Source: Verrucomicrobiota bacterium (GTDB lineage: Bacteria; Verrucomicrobiota; Verrucomicrobiia; Limisphaerales; UBA1100). Taken from it: 64,000 bases of DNA. The stretch lies in assembly GCA_028343615.1 (NCBI GenBank), contig JAOLZA010000006.1, forward strand, positions 245-64,244. The letters run 5' to 3'. A program made the translations under genes and the position numbers. Position 1 is the stretch's first letter, and each line of letters opens with the position of its first letter. This document shows positions 50,529-61,437 of the stretch, piece after piece. Below the pieces are notes generated by a model. It was not told the origin of the DNA, ran no database searches, and saw only the letters and a list, made by a program, of their open reading frames with translations.

Positions 50529-53174
50529 ATGGCCAAGAAAAAGAGTTCTGAAGAACTCCCTGTAAATACTACCCCGCTTTTCGCTGCAAACGAGAAGATT
50601 GATCCGATCAATGTCGCCGACGAGATTAAAAACTCGTTCCTTGACTACTCAATGTCGGTCATTATTTCTCGGGCACTACCCGATGCGCGCGACGGCCTTA
50701 AGCCCTCGCAACGACGCATCCTTTATGCGATGCACGAACTGTCGCTGTATCCGCCCAAAAAACACTTTAAGTGCGCCAAGATTTGCGGCGATACCAGCGG
50801 CAACTACCACCCCCATGGCGAAGCTGTTATTTACCCCACGCTAGTTAACATGGCCCAGCCGTGGTCGATCCGAGACACTCTCGTTGACGGACAGGGGAAC
50901 TTTGGCAGTGTTGAAGGCGACCCCCCCGCCGCGATGCGTTACACCGAGGCACGCCTGACTCATCTGGGCGGTTCCCTGATGGACGATATGGACAAGGGGA
51001 CTGTTGATTGGGTAGCAAACTATGATGAGCGCCTCACGGAACCCACTGTATTTCCAGCTGCTTTCCCCAATTTGCTAGTCAATGGCGGCACCGGCATTGC
51101 TGTGGGCATGGCCACCAATATGCCGCCGCATAATCTGGGTGAAGTTATTGATGGAATCACCGCCCAAATTGACAACCCCGAGATCACTCTCAAGCAGCTG
51201 ATGAAGTACGTGAAGGGACCGGACTTCCCGACCGGTTGCACCATCTGCGGGCTCAGCCCCATTGAGCAATATTTCACCACCGGGAAAGGCTCGGTGAAAG
51301 TGCGTGGTCGCCTTGGCGTGGAAGAAATGCGAGGGGGTAAACAGCAAATCGTTATCACAGAAATTCCGTACAACGTAAATCGCGCTACTCTCGTCAGCCG
51401 CGTGGCTGAGTTGGCTAACGAAAAAATTCTCTCGGAAATCACCGCCGTGCGTGATGAATCGGATGAAAACACTCGCGTGGTAATCGAACTCAAACGCGAT
51501 GCTGTGCCGAAGGTGGTTATCAATAATCTCTACAAACACACTCAGCTCGAAACGTCGTTTAGTGTCAATATGCTTGCCATCGACCACGGGAAGCCGAGGT
51601 CTTTGCCGTTGAAGGATGCCATCAATTGTTATATTGAACACCGACGGGAAGTTGTTGTTCGCCGCACGCGATTCGAGTTGGAAAAAGCCGAGCGCCGCGC
51701 CGAATCCCTCGAAGGTTTTCTTATTGCGCTTTCAAATTTAGATAAGTTTATCAAAATCATTCGTGAATCTTCCAATCGCGAAGAGGCGAAAGTCAAATTA
51801 ATGGCGCACGATTTCACCAAAGCAGCGGTGGAAAAGCTTGGTATTCTCATTCGCAAGAAGTCGCGCCTTGTCAGTGGTCGTTACGAATTCAGCGAAGAGC
51901 AGGCCAACGCCATTCTTGAATTGCGCCTATACCAGCTCACCGGATTGGAAATTGACAAAGTCCGCGCTGAGTACAAAGAGCTCGTCAAAAAGATTAAGGA
52001 TCTCTTGGATATTCTTGCCAAGGAGGCCCGTGTGCTGGCAATCATTAAAGATGAGTTAGCCGCCATTCGCGACAAGCACGCCACACCGCGTCGCACTGAT
52101 CTCGCCCCCGATGAAGGCGAAATGTCCATCGAGGATCTCATTGCAAACGAAGCGGTTATTATCACTCTAACGCATAATGGCCTCATAAAACGTACAAATA
52201 TCAGCGCATACCGCGCCCAGCGCCGCGGCGGCAAGGGTGTCATCGGTATGAAAACTCGTAAAGCGACTACTGAGAAGGATGCCAATGATTTCATTGAGCA
52301 CCTCTTCACGGCGAGCACACATGATTATTTAATGTTCTTTACCAACACCGGTCGTGCGTATGTCGAGCGCGTACACGAAATCCCCGACCTAGGGCGTGCC
52401 TCCAAAGGTCGCAGCATCGCCAACGTGCTTGAGCTGAAGCACGGCGAAAAAATTTCCGACGTTATCCGGGTGAAAGCCGCCTACAGTGAAAGCAAGGAAG
52501 ACGTCACTTGGCAACAGGAACATTATATCTTTTTCGCTTCGCGCGAAGGTAAGGTGAAGAAAACTGCGCTTAGCGATTTCGCAAATGTCCGGCGGGGCGG
52601 CATCATTGCCATCAAGATTGTCCCGGGTGACAATCTCATCGAGGCGCGCTTCACTTCCGGCCAAAACGATGTCGTGCTCATCACCAGTAATGGCCAGAGC
52701 ATCCGTTTCCACGAAGAAGACGTCCGCACAATGGGTCGATCAGCGGCTGGCGTGCGTGGCATCCGATTGGTTAAGGAGGATCACGTTATCGCATTGGCTA
52801 TTGCTGATCCTGAGGCCACATTACTCGTGGCTGGCGAAAATGGCGTGGGCAAACGTACAGAGTTTGATGAGTACCGTGTTCAATCGCGTGGCGGTAAAGG
52901 CATCATCACGATGAAGACCACTAAGAAAACCGGCAAAGTAGTTGGCGCTCTGACAGTGCACGATCACGATGAAATAATGGTCATTACTGTCGGCGGGCAA
53001 ATGGTACGCACCAACGTGAAGGGCATCCGCCAAACCGGTCGTAACGCCCAAGGTGTTCGCATAGTCAAACTGGATGTGAATGACCGTCTTCAGGACATCG
53101 CTCCCGTTATCACTTCAGAACGCGAAGATGAAGTTGAGGAGCCTGAAGGAGAGGGCGGAGAAGCGGCTGGCTAG
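50529..53174 (+). CDS. gyrA: DNA gyrase subunit A
   Basis: RALPDARDGLKP, YHPHG, AAMRYTE, GyrA-box QRRGGKG. Confidence 0.97.
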   Translation: MAKKKSSEELPVNTTPLFAANEKIDPINVADEIKNSFLDYSMSVIISRALPDARDGLKPSQRRILYAMHELSLYPPKKHFKCAKICGDTSGNYHPHGEAVIYPTLVNMAQPWSIRDTLVDGQGNFGSVEGDPPAAMRYTEARLTHLGGSLMDDMDKGTVDWVANYDERLTEPTVFPAAFPNLLVNGGTGIAVGMATNMPPHNLGEVIDGITAQIDNPEITLKQLMKYVKGPDFPTGCTICGLSPIEQYFTTGKGSVKVRGRLGVEEMRGGKQQIVITEIPYNVNRATLVSRVAELANEKILSEITAVRDESDENTRVVIELKRDAVPKVVINNLYKHTQLETSFSVNMLAIDHGKPRSLPLKDAINCYIEHRREVVVRRTRFELEKAERRAESLEGFLIALSNLDKFIKIIRESSNREEAKVKLMAHDFTKAAVEKLGILIRKKSRLVSGRYEFSEEQANAILELRLYQLTGLEIDKVRAEYKELVKKIKDLLDILAKEARVLAIIKDELAAIRDKHATPRRTDLAPDEGEMSIEDLIANEAVIITLTHNGLIKRTNISAYRAQRRGGKGVIGMKTRKATTEKDANDFIEHLFTASTHDYLMFFTNTGRAYVERVHEIPDLGRASKGRSIANVLELKHGEKISDVIRVKAAYSESKEDVTWQQEHYIFFASREGKVKKTALSDFANVRRGGIIAIKIVPGDNLIEARFTSGQNDVVLITSNGQSIRFHEEDVRTMGRSAAGVRGIRLVKEDHVIALAIADPEATLLVAGENGVGKRTEFDEYRVQSRGGKGIITMKTTKKTGKVVGALTVHDHDEIMVITVGGQMVRTNVKGIRQTGRNAQGVRIVKLDVNDRLQDIAPVITSEREDEVEEPEGEGGEAAG

Positions 53175-53372
53175 CAAGAAATTGGGCTTCCGCCGGATTT
53201 AATGTCTTCAGTCGCCAGAAATGCAACCGCTCCGCGACTCCGTGTCTTGTTGTAAATTATCAGGCATAACATCGTGCGGCTAATGTCCTTGATCGAATAA
53301 AAGAGATTTCCTCCGCCTGCCCGACATAGCCTTATCGACCCCGGATGATGCCCTCAGTTATTCCAGCAGTGA

Positions 53373-54500
53373 TTATTCGCCGCGATAAATATATGAGAGC
53401 GCGATGACGCTGTAGGCGGTTACTAGTGGCTTTTCGTTCTCCCACCAACGAGCGGATTTTGAATTTATCCATGAGCCATCCTGTTGTTGCAATCCAATCA
53501 GCTTAAGTGCCAAGAGTTTGCGCCAATCTACTTTCTCCCCCTTCACGGTGATGGTTCGGTCACCGGAAAATGAAAGCGCCTTGGCCATGAGGTAGTAATA
53601 ATAATACAACCCCTGGGCGCCCATCGCAGGGTTTTCCTCCAGTGTGAAATTATCAAAGAGCCATTTGCGCACCGCAACCACGCGCGGGTCGTCGGCCTTA
53701 AGGCGGGCGTATGAGTAGCTCATCATCCCAGCATAGCTAATGCTACCGTAACTGCGCAGTGCCGTCTTGCCGTTTTCATCTTTCACGGCACCGGCCATGC
53801 TTTTTCCAGGGAAATAAACCATACCTCCTTTTTGCTTGGGGTCGCTACTGGCCCACGGTTGCTTGTTGTGGCTGGGTAGGTTCTGGCAATTCTGAATGAA
53901 ACTGATGGCTGCCCTCCAGTTGAGGTCATCCTGTGGCGGGGCATCCTTCACGAGATGACGAGTGAAATAAAGTGCTTCGAGCGAGGAAAGGGTGTTGTTT
54001 AAATCGCTGTGCGGATAGCGCCCGCCATAGCCCACGCCGCCGTCGAGCGGATGGTCTTCTTTGCCTTCTTCGCCGAGGTCCCACTGTTGTTTGGTTAAAA
54101 ACGCGCGGGCCTTGAGCAGGGCTGGGTTGTGCTTTTTATCGTTCGCAGCCAGTAACGCCATCATGCACAGAGAGGTGTTGTAATTGGCCAAACCTTTGCC
54201 GGGTACGTAAATGCTGCCGTCGGGCTGCACGTGGGTGAGAATGAAATTGTAGCCTTTCTCAATCCACCTTGGAGTCTGCTTCGGTTTGTTGGGATTACCC
54301 TGCCACGCGATGAGCGCGAGAGCCGTCACTGCCGGGTGCTCCGGGCTCGTCCACCACCCTCTCGGGTTTTGGCTGGCCTTAAGAGAGGCAATGCCGCGGT
54401 CAGCCGAACGTTGCAGCTCGTTCATAAACGAAATGTCGCGCTGCGCCAGCGCCGGCGGCGTGAGAATGAGTAGAGCAAAAAGAGTAAGTGCAGTTTTCAT
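53373..54500 (-). CDS. Secreted prenyltransferase/squalene-cyclase-repeat protein
   Basis: Signal peptide; QNPRGWW, QPDGSI, DGGVGY and QQQDGSW QW-like repeats. Confidence 0.8.
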   Translation of the reverse strand: MKTALTLFALLILTPPALAQRDISFMNELQRSADRGIASLKASQNPRGWWTSPEHPAVTALALIAWQGNPNKPKQTPRWIEKGYNFILTHVQPDGSIYVPGKGLANYNTSLCMMALLAANDKKHNPALLKARAFLTKQQWDLGEEGKEDHPLDGGVGYGGRYPHSDLNNTLSSLEALYFTRHLVKDAPPQDDLNWRAAISFIQNCQNLPSHNKQPWASSDPKQKGGMVYFPGKSMAGAVKDENGKTALRSYGSISYAGMMSYSYARLKADDPRVVAVRKWLFDNFTLEENPAMGAQGLYYYYYLMAKALSFSGDRTITVKGEKVDWRKLLALKLIGLQQQDGSWINSKSARWWENEKPLVTAYSVIALSYIYRGE

Positions 54501-54514
54501 TTTATTTCAAATGG

Positions 54515-55513
54515 TTATTTCGATTCATTGCCGTCTGGATCCCAGGAGCGCTGAGAAATTAGCTTTCCATTTTTGTAGATCAACTCCCAGCGTTTCACGC
54601 CGGAATCGTACCAATGCGTTTCTACGCCAACCTGAATTCCGTTTTCGTAAAAGCGTTCGGATTCCAGCTGTTTATTCTTGTAATACCCCACCACGCGGCC
54701 AGTGTACGACCCAGATCCTCCTCGCTTATACCATAGACCTTTTTCAAGCAAGCCGACCCGGGCGCCTTTGGCGTTACGTTTTTCCACTTCTTCAAACTTG
54801 GACGTTTGCGGCTCTTTGTTTTTTTGTGCGGAGAATTTTAACAGGCGAATCACCACCGTGGCTTTGCTGTCAATCGCCGGAAGTCCTTTGGGTTGGGGTC
54901 GCCACAGTTCGTCATCATCGCGGCCGGGGCGGGGGTTGTTAAATTGGGCGGCGTTGTCGGTGATGAGCGAAATGATAGAGCCATCGCGCTGCGCCAGAAA
55001 CTGTCCCTCGAACACGCGGGACCCATTGAAGATGAACGGCCCCTTTTTTGCCGGTTGTAGTTTTGGGTGTATGGTCTGTACGAACCGTTCGATGCGCTCC
55101 TTCTTTCCTTTACCGTCCTCTTCCCAGTGCAATTCAATATCAACAGGCTGACCGGGGATTGGGGTTTTTGCATCATCAGAAATGAGTTTGCCGACGCTGC
55201 CTTTGGCGTTAAGAAGCAGCATTGCTACTTGAACGTGGTGAGGCTCGGCGGTGGTGACGAACAGGCTCTCATGCACCTTGCCGCGACCGGTGACCACGAG
55301 ATATTCGATGGGCCCTTCGTGCATTTCAATGGTAACCGGGATGTGAACTTCCTTCGCTTTTTTCACTAGTTTCACTGTGCCGACTTGCAGTATGTCCGGC
55401 GTGATTTCTTTGATGACTGGCTGGGGCAAAGGCTCCGGCTTGAAAGGGTCGTCCTGCGCGTGGATGCTCACCAGAGCACTGGATAAAATGAGGGGAAGGC
55501 AGAATCGTTTCAT
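54515..55513 (-). CDS. Secreted YdjY-like domain protein with C-terminal MORN-variant repeats
   Basis: Signal peptide; IEYLVV...KVHESLF...FNGS; YTGRVVGYYKNKQL / WYDSGVK repeats. Confidence 0.7.
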   Translation of the reverse strand: MKRFCLPLILSSALVSIHAQDDPFKPEPLPQPVIKEITPDILQVGTVKLVKKAKEVHIPVTIEMHEGPIEYLVVTGRGKVHESLFVTTAEPHHVQVAMLLLNAKGSVGKLISDDAKTPIPGQPVDIELHWEEDGKGKKERIERFVQTIHPKLQPAKKGPFIFNGSRVFEGQFLAQRDGSIISLITDNAAQFNNPRPGRDDDELWRPQPKGLPAIDSKATVVIRLLKFSAQKNKEPQTSKFEEVEKRNAKGARVGLLEKGLWYKRGGSGSYTGRVVGYYKNKQLESERFYENGIQVGVETHWYDSGVKRWELIYKNGKLISQRSWDPDGNESK

Positions 55514-55603
55514 CGTGTTGCTGATTAGATTGACGGTTTTTTTGGGATTTTGCGACAAAATTCGGCTTGGTTTTTAGGGCAGTCGCCACTACCAATTCCG
55601 TCG

Positions 55604-57712
55604 ATGGAAATTCCTGAAACAGTCATCGCGCTGAACAAACTTGCGCGTAATATTTGGTGGACGTGGAATCAGGATGCGCGCGGCATCTTCGGCGAGCTTT
55701 CGCCGCGTACGTGGCAGAATGTGTATCACAATCCCGTAGCGATCCTGAGGGAGGTGTCGAACACAGAATTGCGCATGCGTTTGCTGGAGCCGGATTATGC
55801 GAAGCGCGTGGCCGATGTGTTGGAGGAATTCGAGAGCTACATGAACGCCAAGGACACTTGGGTGACGCGAGAAGTCCCCGAGCTGAACAATCGGCGCGTG
55901 ACATATTTCTCGGCGGAATTCGGCCTCCACGAAACGCTCCCTATCGCCGCAGGCGGCTTGGGTGTGTTGGCGGGTGACCATATCAAAAGCGCCAGCGATC
56001 TCGGCCTTAACTTTTGCGGCATCACACTTTTTTATCGAGAAGGTTATTTCCAGCAAGCCATTAACCACGACAACTGGCAGGCCGAATATTACAACCAACT
56101 TAATCCGCGCAATCTCCCGATGGACGCCGTAATCGATGTCGACGGCAAACCTATCACTTGCTCAGTGGACATCGCCACAGACACCATCTGCTTCCGCGCC
56201 TGGCGTATCAATGTCGGTCGCTGCCCTTTGTACCTTCTCGATACCAATCTGCCCGAAAACCCTGCTCATTATCGTGATCTAACTTTGCGAGTGTACGGCG
56301 GTGACACCACCACACGCATACAACAGGAAATACTTCTCGGCATCGGCGGCGTAAAACTCATGCGCGCCTTGGGTGAAAAGCCCAGTGTTTTTCATATGAA
56401 CGAGGGCCATGCGGCATTTCTCGCACTGGAACTCATCCGCGAAAAAATGGCTACCGGAGACAGCTTTAATGAAGCACTTACCGCCACGCGTGATCAGTGT
56501 GTTTTCACCACGCACACGCCAGTGCCAGCGGGGCACGACCGTTTCTCTCCGGAGCTGATGAACTATTCGCTCAGTCGCTTCGCGAAACAGCTCGATCTCA
56601 CGCACAAAGAATTGATGGCGATGGGTCGTTTGGATGCCGGCGACGAAACCGAGCAATTTTGCATGACCGTGCTCGCGCTCAACGCCGCGCGCGCTGCCAA
56701 TGGGGTTAGCGAGCTTCACGGCGCGGTTAGTCGCGAAATGTGGCAGGAGAAATTTAACGTGCCCGTTAGTGATGTGCCCATCGGCCACATCACTAACGGC
56801 ATTCACACACTCGGCTGGATGAGCCGCAGCGCTCGCGATTTCTGGCAACCGCGTCTCGGCAATGGCCCGAAATTTTACGAACATATTAATGACGCCAAAT
56901 TCTGGGAGAAGGTGGAGGACAAAGATTTTATTTCCGACGAGGAGCTTTGGGCCTTGCGCTACCGTTTGCGGCGCGAGTTAATCGATTTCACCCGCGGACG
57001 TCTCGTTGATGTGCCGCCTTCGCGAGAGGGTGACTTTATCAGTTATGATCATCTTCTCGATGCTGACACGCTTACTGTCGGCTTCGCCCGCCGCTTTGCC
57101 ACATACAAGCGCGCCCCACTTATTTTCGATCACTTCGAGAAAGTTGTGAAGCTCGCAAAAGACGCCGAGCGGCCTGTTCAATTCATCTTTGCTGGTAAAG
57201 CACATCCTGCCGATGAGGACGGCAAGCGGTTCATTCAAAAAATTGTCCACCTCGCCAAGCACAGCGAGCTGCAGGGGCACTTGGTGTTCATTGAAAATTA
57301 CGATATCCAAGTTGGCAGAATGCTCGTTGGTGGTTGCGATGTGTGGCTAAACAATCCCCGCCGCCCACTCGAAGCCAGTGGCACGAGTGGCATGAAAACC
57401 GCCGCACACGGCGGCCTTAATTGCAGTATAATGGACGGTTGGTGGCGCGAGATTTATGATGGAGATAACGGGTACTCCATCGGCGATGATTCGCATCCGA
57501 ATAACCTCGAGGAACAGGATCGAGTTGATAGTGAGAATTTGTTTCGAGTGTTGTCCGAGGAGGTGATCCCCACTTTTTATAATCGCGATGCTGCAGGCTT
57601 GCCGCGCCAGTGGATTCGCAAAATGCGCCACGCGATGGCGACTGTAACGCCGAAATATAACACTTGGCGAATGGTGCAGGATTATTCGCGCAAATATTAT
57701 TTAGAAGACTAA
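55604..57712 (+). CDS. glgP: Alpha-glucan (glycogen) phosphorylase
   Basis: YFSAEFG, GGLGVLAGDH, HMNEGH, FARRFATYKR, EASGTSGMK. Confidence 0.96.
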   Translation: MEIPETVIALNKLARNIWWTWNQDARGIFGELSPRTWQNVYHNPVAILREVSNTELRMRLLEPDYAKRVADVLEEFESYMNAKDTWVTREVPELNNRRVTYFSAEFGLHETLPIAAGGLGVLAGDHIKSASDLGLNFCGITLFYREGYFQQAINHDNWQAEYYNQLNPRNLPMDAVIDVDGKPITCSVDIATDTICFRAWRINVGRCPLYLLDTNLPENPAHYRDLTLRVYGGDTTTRIQQEILLGIGGVKLMRALGEKPSVFHMNEGHAAFLALELIREKMATGDSFNEALTATRDQCVFTTHTPVPAGHDRFSPELMNYSLSRFAKQLDLTHKELMAMGRLDAGDETEQFCMTVLALNAARAANGVSELHGAVSREMWQEKFNVPVSDVPIGHITNGIHTLGWMSRSARDFWQPRLGNGPKFYEHINDAKFWEKVEDKDFISDEELWALRYRLRRELIDFTRGRLVDVPPSREGDFISYDHLLDADTLTVGFARRFATYKRAPLIFDHFEKVVKLAKDAERPVQFIFAGKAHPADEDGKRFIQKIVHLAKHSELQGHLVFIENYDIQVGRMLVGGCDVWLNNPRRPLEASGTSGMKTAAHGGLNCSIMDGWWREIYDGDNGYSIGDDSHPNNLEEQDRVDSENLFRVLSEEVIPTFYNRDAAGLPRQWIRKMRHAMATVTPKYNTWRMVQDYSRKYYLED

Positions 57713-57713
57713 C

Positions 57714-58796
57714 GTGAGCCGGCCCATTTCATCGCAAACGCCCGAGGCCCTTGGCGCATGGCTGGACGAACGTGGCGAGAAGCCGTATCGCGCCACCCAA
57801 ATCCTCAAATGGGTGCACCAACATTTTGTCGCTGATTGGGCGGCGATGTCCAATCTATCGAAGCCACTCCAAGCCGGCCTCAGCGAGGCATTTGACTTTT
57901 CCACCATTGAGCTGGCTCGCAAAGAGGGCGACGCGGACGCCACCCAAAAGTTCCTCTGGAAACTGCGCGACCATCAACTGGTTGAAAGTGTGCTTATCCC
58001 CGCTAGTCCCGCGCTATACGGAGAGCCCAGTGATCGCCATACGCTTTGCGTTTCCACCCAAGTCGGCTGTGCGTACGGCTGCACCTTTTGCGCTAGCGGA
58101 CTATACGGCTTCAAGCGCAACCTAGAGCCGGCCGAAATCATTGACCAAGTGCTCGCCGTGGAACGTTTGCAGGGCAGGGGAGGGGAGCGTGCCATCAACA
58201 ACCTCGTCATTATGGGAATGGGTGAGCCATTAGCCAATTACGCCAACCTGATGGCCGCCCTCGAAATTCTCAATGCTGATTGGGGTACAAATATCGGCGC
58301 GCGTAAAATTACCATTTCCACTAGCGGACTCGTGCCACAAGTTAAAAAACTCGCTGCCCAGCCTCGCCAGTACCGCCTCGCCATCAGCCTCCACGGCGCT
58401 ACTGATGCCGTGCGCAATCGGATAATGCCGATCAACCGCAAGTATCCCTTGCGCGAACTCACTGCCGCTATCGAAGAATATCAACAATCAAAAAGCGGCA
58501 AGGTCACGCTGGAGTACATTCTCATTGCCGGCGTGAATGATGTCCTCGACCAAGTTGCCCCGCTCGCCGAACTTGCGCACCGCCTTCGTGCAAAAGTAAA
58601 TCTTATTCCTTACAACCATGTTGACGGCCTTGAATGGAGCCGCCCCGATGACGCTGTCCAAGATGTTTTCCACGAGGCGTTGATGTCCCATGGAACTCTC
58701 ACCACCCTCCGCCGCGAAAAAGGCCATGACATCGATGCCGCATGTGGTCAGCTCCGCCTACGAACAGAAAAAGAATTGGCTGAAGCGAATGGCTAA
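57714..58796 (+). CDS. rlmN: Radical SAM 23S rRNA m2A2503 / tRNA m2A37 methyltransferase
   Basis: CAYGCTFC, MGMGEP, ISLH, AACGQL. Confidence 0.96.
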   Translation: MSRPISSQTPEALGAWLDERGEKPYRATQILKWVHQHFVADWAAMSNLSKPLQAGLSEAFDFSTIELARKEGDADATQKFLWKLRDHQLVESVLIPASPALYGEPSDRHTLCVSTQVGCAYGCTFCASGLYGFKRNLEPAEIIDQVLAVERLQGRGGERAINNLVIMGMGEPLANYANLMAALEILNADWGTNIGARKITISTSGLVPQVKKLAAQPRQYRLAISLHGATDAVRNRIMPINRKYPLRELTAAIEEYQQSKSGKVTLEYILIAGVNDVLDQVAPLAELAHRLRAKVNLIPYNHVDGLEWSRPDDAVQDVFHEALMSHGTLTTLRREKGHDIDAACGQLRLRTEKELAEANG

Positions 58797-58811
58797 GCTA
58801 CAACTTTCTAG

Positions 58812-59423
58812 GTGATTGCGTTGCTGGATTATGGAGCGGGTAATGTCCGCAGTGTTCAGAAGGCGTTAATGGCGGCCGGCGGGGAGGTGGCTTTAGTGTC
58901 ATCGCCGGAGGAATTGGCGCGCGCGGATTCAGTTGTGCTCCCGGGCGTGGGGGCATTTGATGATTGTGTGAACGCGATGCAACAGCAGGAATTGTTTGGC
59001 GCGGCAAAAGACTTCATTCAAACAGGCAAGCCATTCCTTGGGATTTGCGTGGGCTATCAGGCGTTGTTCGAGAAGAGCGAGGAGTTTAGTTCATGCGCGG
59101 CGGGCTTAGGCGTTTTCGATGGCAGTGTGGTGCGGTTTGCGGAGAACGGAATTAAGGTGCCGCAAATTGGCTGGAACGAAGTGGAGTTTGAAAAGCCAGA
59201 GTGCCCTATTCTGATGGGGATCGAATCGGGAAGCCATTTTTATTTCGTGCACAGTTATTTCCCGAAGCCCACAGACCAATCTATCGTGGCGACGCGGACG
59301 ACCTATGGCGAATCATTTGCCTCGGCGGCGTGGCGCGACAATGTGTTTGCCACGCAATTTCATCCAGAAAAAAGCCAAAAAGTGGGGCTGAAAATGCTTG
59401 AGAACTTTGTTGGGCTTGCCTGA
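58812..59423 (+). CDS. hisH: Imidazole glycerol phosphate synthase glutaminase subunit
   Basis: DYGAGN, PGVG, GICVG, YFVHSY, QFHPEKS. Confidence 0.96.
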   Translation: MIALLDYGAGNVRSVQKALMAAGGEVALVSSPEELARADSVVLPGVGAFDDCVNAMQQQELFGAAKDFIQTGKPFLGICVGYQALFEKSEEFSSCAAGLGVFDGSVVRFAENGIKVPQIGWNEVEFEKPECPILMGIESGSHFYFVHSYFPKPTDQSIVATRTTYGESFASAAWRDNVFATQFHPEKSQKVGLKMLENFVGLA

Positions 59424-59444
59424 TACCCTTACGATTGCTAACGT
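59416..59444 (+). promoter_or_regulatory. Putative promoter for sodA
   Basis: TTGCCT, 17 nt, TAACGT with extended -10 TG. Confidence 0.55.
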
Positions 59445-59460
59445 CCGCCGAACAAAAAAT

Positions 59461-60075
59461 ATGTCTTACGAACTCCCCGACCTCCCGTACGCGCACGACG
59501 CGTTGGAACCCCACATCGATGCGCAGACGATGGAAATCCATCACGGCAAGCATCACGCCACTTACATAGCCAAGCTCAATGCGGCGCTGGGAGGCCACGA
59601 CGATCTTGCCGGCAAAAGCATCGACGATCTTGTGAGTGATCTCGAATCAGTGCCGGATGAGATTCGTGGTGCCGTACGCAACCACGGCGGCGGACACGCC
59701 AACCATTCGCTTTTCTGGAAGATTATGGGGCCCGGCGGTGGCGGAGAACCCACGGGCGCATTGGCTGAAGCCATCGAGGCGGAACTCGGCGGAATGGATT
59801 CGTTTAAGGAGAAATTCGAAGCCGCCGGCGCCACACGTTTCGGAAGCGGTTGGGCTTGGCTTTGCGTCAAGCCCGACGGCACCTTATGTGTTTGCAGCAC
59901 GGCGAACCAAGACACCCCGCTGATGGAAGACCGCACGCCCATTCTCGGCTGTGATGTTTGGGAGCATGCCTATTATTTGAAATACCAAAACCGCCGACCT
60001 GATTATCTTAAGGCGTTTTGGAGCGTGGTGAACTGGGACGCCGTGGCCGGAAATTACACTGAAGCCAAGGGCTAA
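59461..60075 (+). CDS. sodA: Superoxide dismutase (Mn-type signature)
   Basis: [26 protein letters not shown]. Confidence 0.95.
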   Translation: MSYELPDLPYAHDALEPHIDAQTMEIHHGKHHATYIAKLNAALGGHDDLAGKSIDDLVSDLESVPDEIRGAVRNHGGGHANHSLFWKIMGPGGGGEPTGALAEAIEAELGGMDSFKEKFEAAGATRFGSGWAWLCVKPDGTLCVCSTANQDTPLMEDRTPILGCDVWEHAYYLKYQNRRPDYLKAFWSVVNWDAVAGNYTEAKG

Positions 60076-60123
60076 GTTTCCCCTAACAATAAAACCAACA
60101 CGATGGGCAGGATTTATTCCTGC

Positions 60124-61437
60124 TCATTTTTTTGGTCGCCCAAATTGCTTTGGGCGGTTTTTGTATTTTTCGTAGAGACGGGTGTGGCGGCTTTGTAGGC
60201 TGACTTTTACGCCGTCGATCCACATATGTTTTACGTTGGTGCGGATATCGAAAATGTCGCCATCCACCGCGATGAAGGTGGCTTCCTTTTGTGGGGTGAG
60301 CGAGCCAAGGCGGTCGGCCACGTTGAGCATTTGAGCGGGGTGCAGGGTGAGGCTGCGCAGGGCTGCTTCGCGTGGCAGGCCGTGGGCAATGGACTTTGCG
60401 GCGGCGTAGACGATGTTTCGCACGCGGGATGCGCCCCACGAACCCATCGCTTCGCTGTGAGCGATTTTCACGCCGGCTTTATGAAGTATGCCGGCAGCGC
60501 GGAAATGGATGTCATGCGGGTCGGTGTCGCGTTGGGGCAGGGTGAAGACATTGTCGAAAATCACGGGCACCTTTTCCTTGGCGAGCAGATCGGCGATTTG
60601 CCACGCATCGCGTGAGGCGGCGAGTAAAATTTTGAATTTGCGCTGCTTGGCCCACGCCACCGCGGTTTTGATTTGGCGGATCTCATTGGCATGTACCATT
60701 ATCGGTTGTTTTCCCGAAAGGGCGCTGAGCATCCCTTCCCACGCAGGAACCTTCCTGAAGCCCGCACCACCGGCTTTGCGCGCACGGGCGTACGCTTGGG
60801 CCTCATTAAAAAAATCATCAATCGTTTTAATTTTTTTGTCCCGAGAGCGAATTTGCTCCTTGGGCGATTTGTGTTTGTCGGGGTCACGCAGGGTTTCTTT
60901 GGGGCGCGTGTTGAGTGTCATCACGGGCCACCAAAGATGAAGAGCAGCATGGGGTTTTACAGTCATATCCTCCACGCCCCAACCGGCCAGCTTAATGAGG
61001 CCAGAAGAGCCAGTGATACTGCCGCCCATTGGCGCGACGAGTGCGTGAGTGAATCCATTGGCTCGCGCGACTGGGATCAGCTCCGAATCAGGGTTAACAG
61101 AAACCCATGCCTCCACGTCGGGGGTGAACTCGCCCACCTCGGTGGTGTCTTGCGTGGCGCGCACGGCGTTAATCTCTGTGAGCCCCAGCGACGTGGTGGC
61201 AGCGATGAGTCCGGGGTACAGATGCAGCTTGCCTAGATCGACCACTTTTGTCTGGCGCGTTACCCGGAGGTTTTGGCCGATGGCTTGAATGATGCCGTCG
61301 GTGACGAGCATTTGAGCGTTTTCAATCGTGCCCTTATCCGCCGTGTGAATGACGGCTGCTTTATAAAGCACTGTTTGAGGTTGCTCTTGCGCTTGGAGCG
61401 TGGAGGCGGCGAATAGAATTAGTATGAGTTTGTTCAC
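60124..61437 (-). CDS. Secreted amidohydrolase-fold protein lacking the HxH metal motif
   Basis: YPGLIAATTSLG in place of PGxIDxHxH; T.HPA.ML...GSL...K.A; GTG start overlapping upstream TGA. Confidence 0.8.
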   Translation of the reverse strand: MNKLILILFAASTLQAQEQPQTVLYKAAVIHTADKGTIENAQMLVTDGIIQAIGQNLRVTRQTKVVDLGKLHLYPGLIAATTSLGLTEINAVRATQDTTEVGEFTPDVEAWVSVNPDSELIPVARANGFTHALVAPMGGSITGSSGLIKLAGWGVEDMTVKPHAALHLWWPVMTLNTRPKETLRDPDKHKSPKEQIRSRDKKIKTIDDFFNEAQAYARARKAGGAGFRKVPAWEGMLSALSGKQPIMVHANEIRQIKTAVAWAKQRKFKILLAASRDAWQIADLLAKEKVPVIFDNVFTLPQRDTDPHDIHFRAAGILHKAGVKIAHSEAMGSWGASRVRNIVYAAAKSIAHGLPREAALRSLTLHPAQMLNVADRLGSLTPQKEATFIAVDGDIFDIRTNVKHMWIDGVKVSLQSRHTRLYEKYKNRPKQFGRPKK

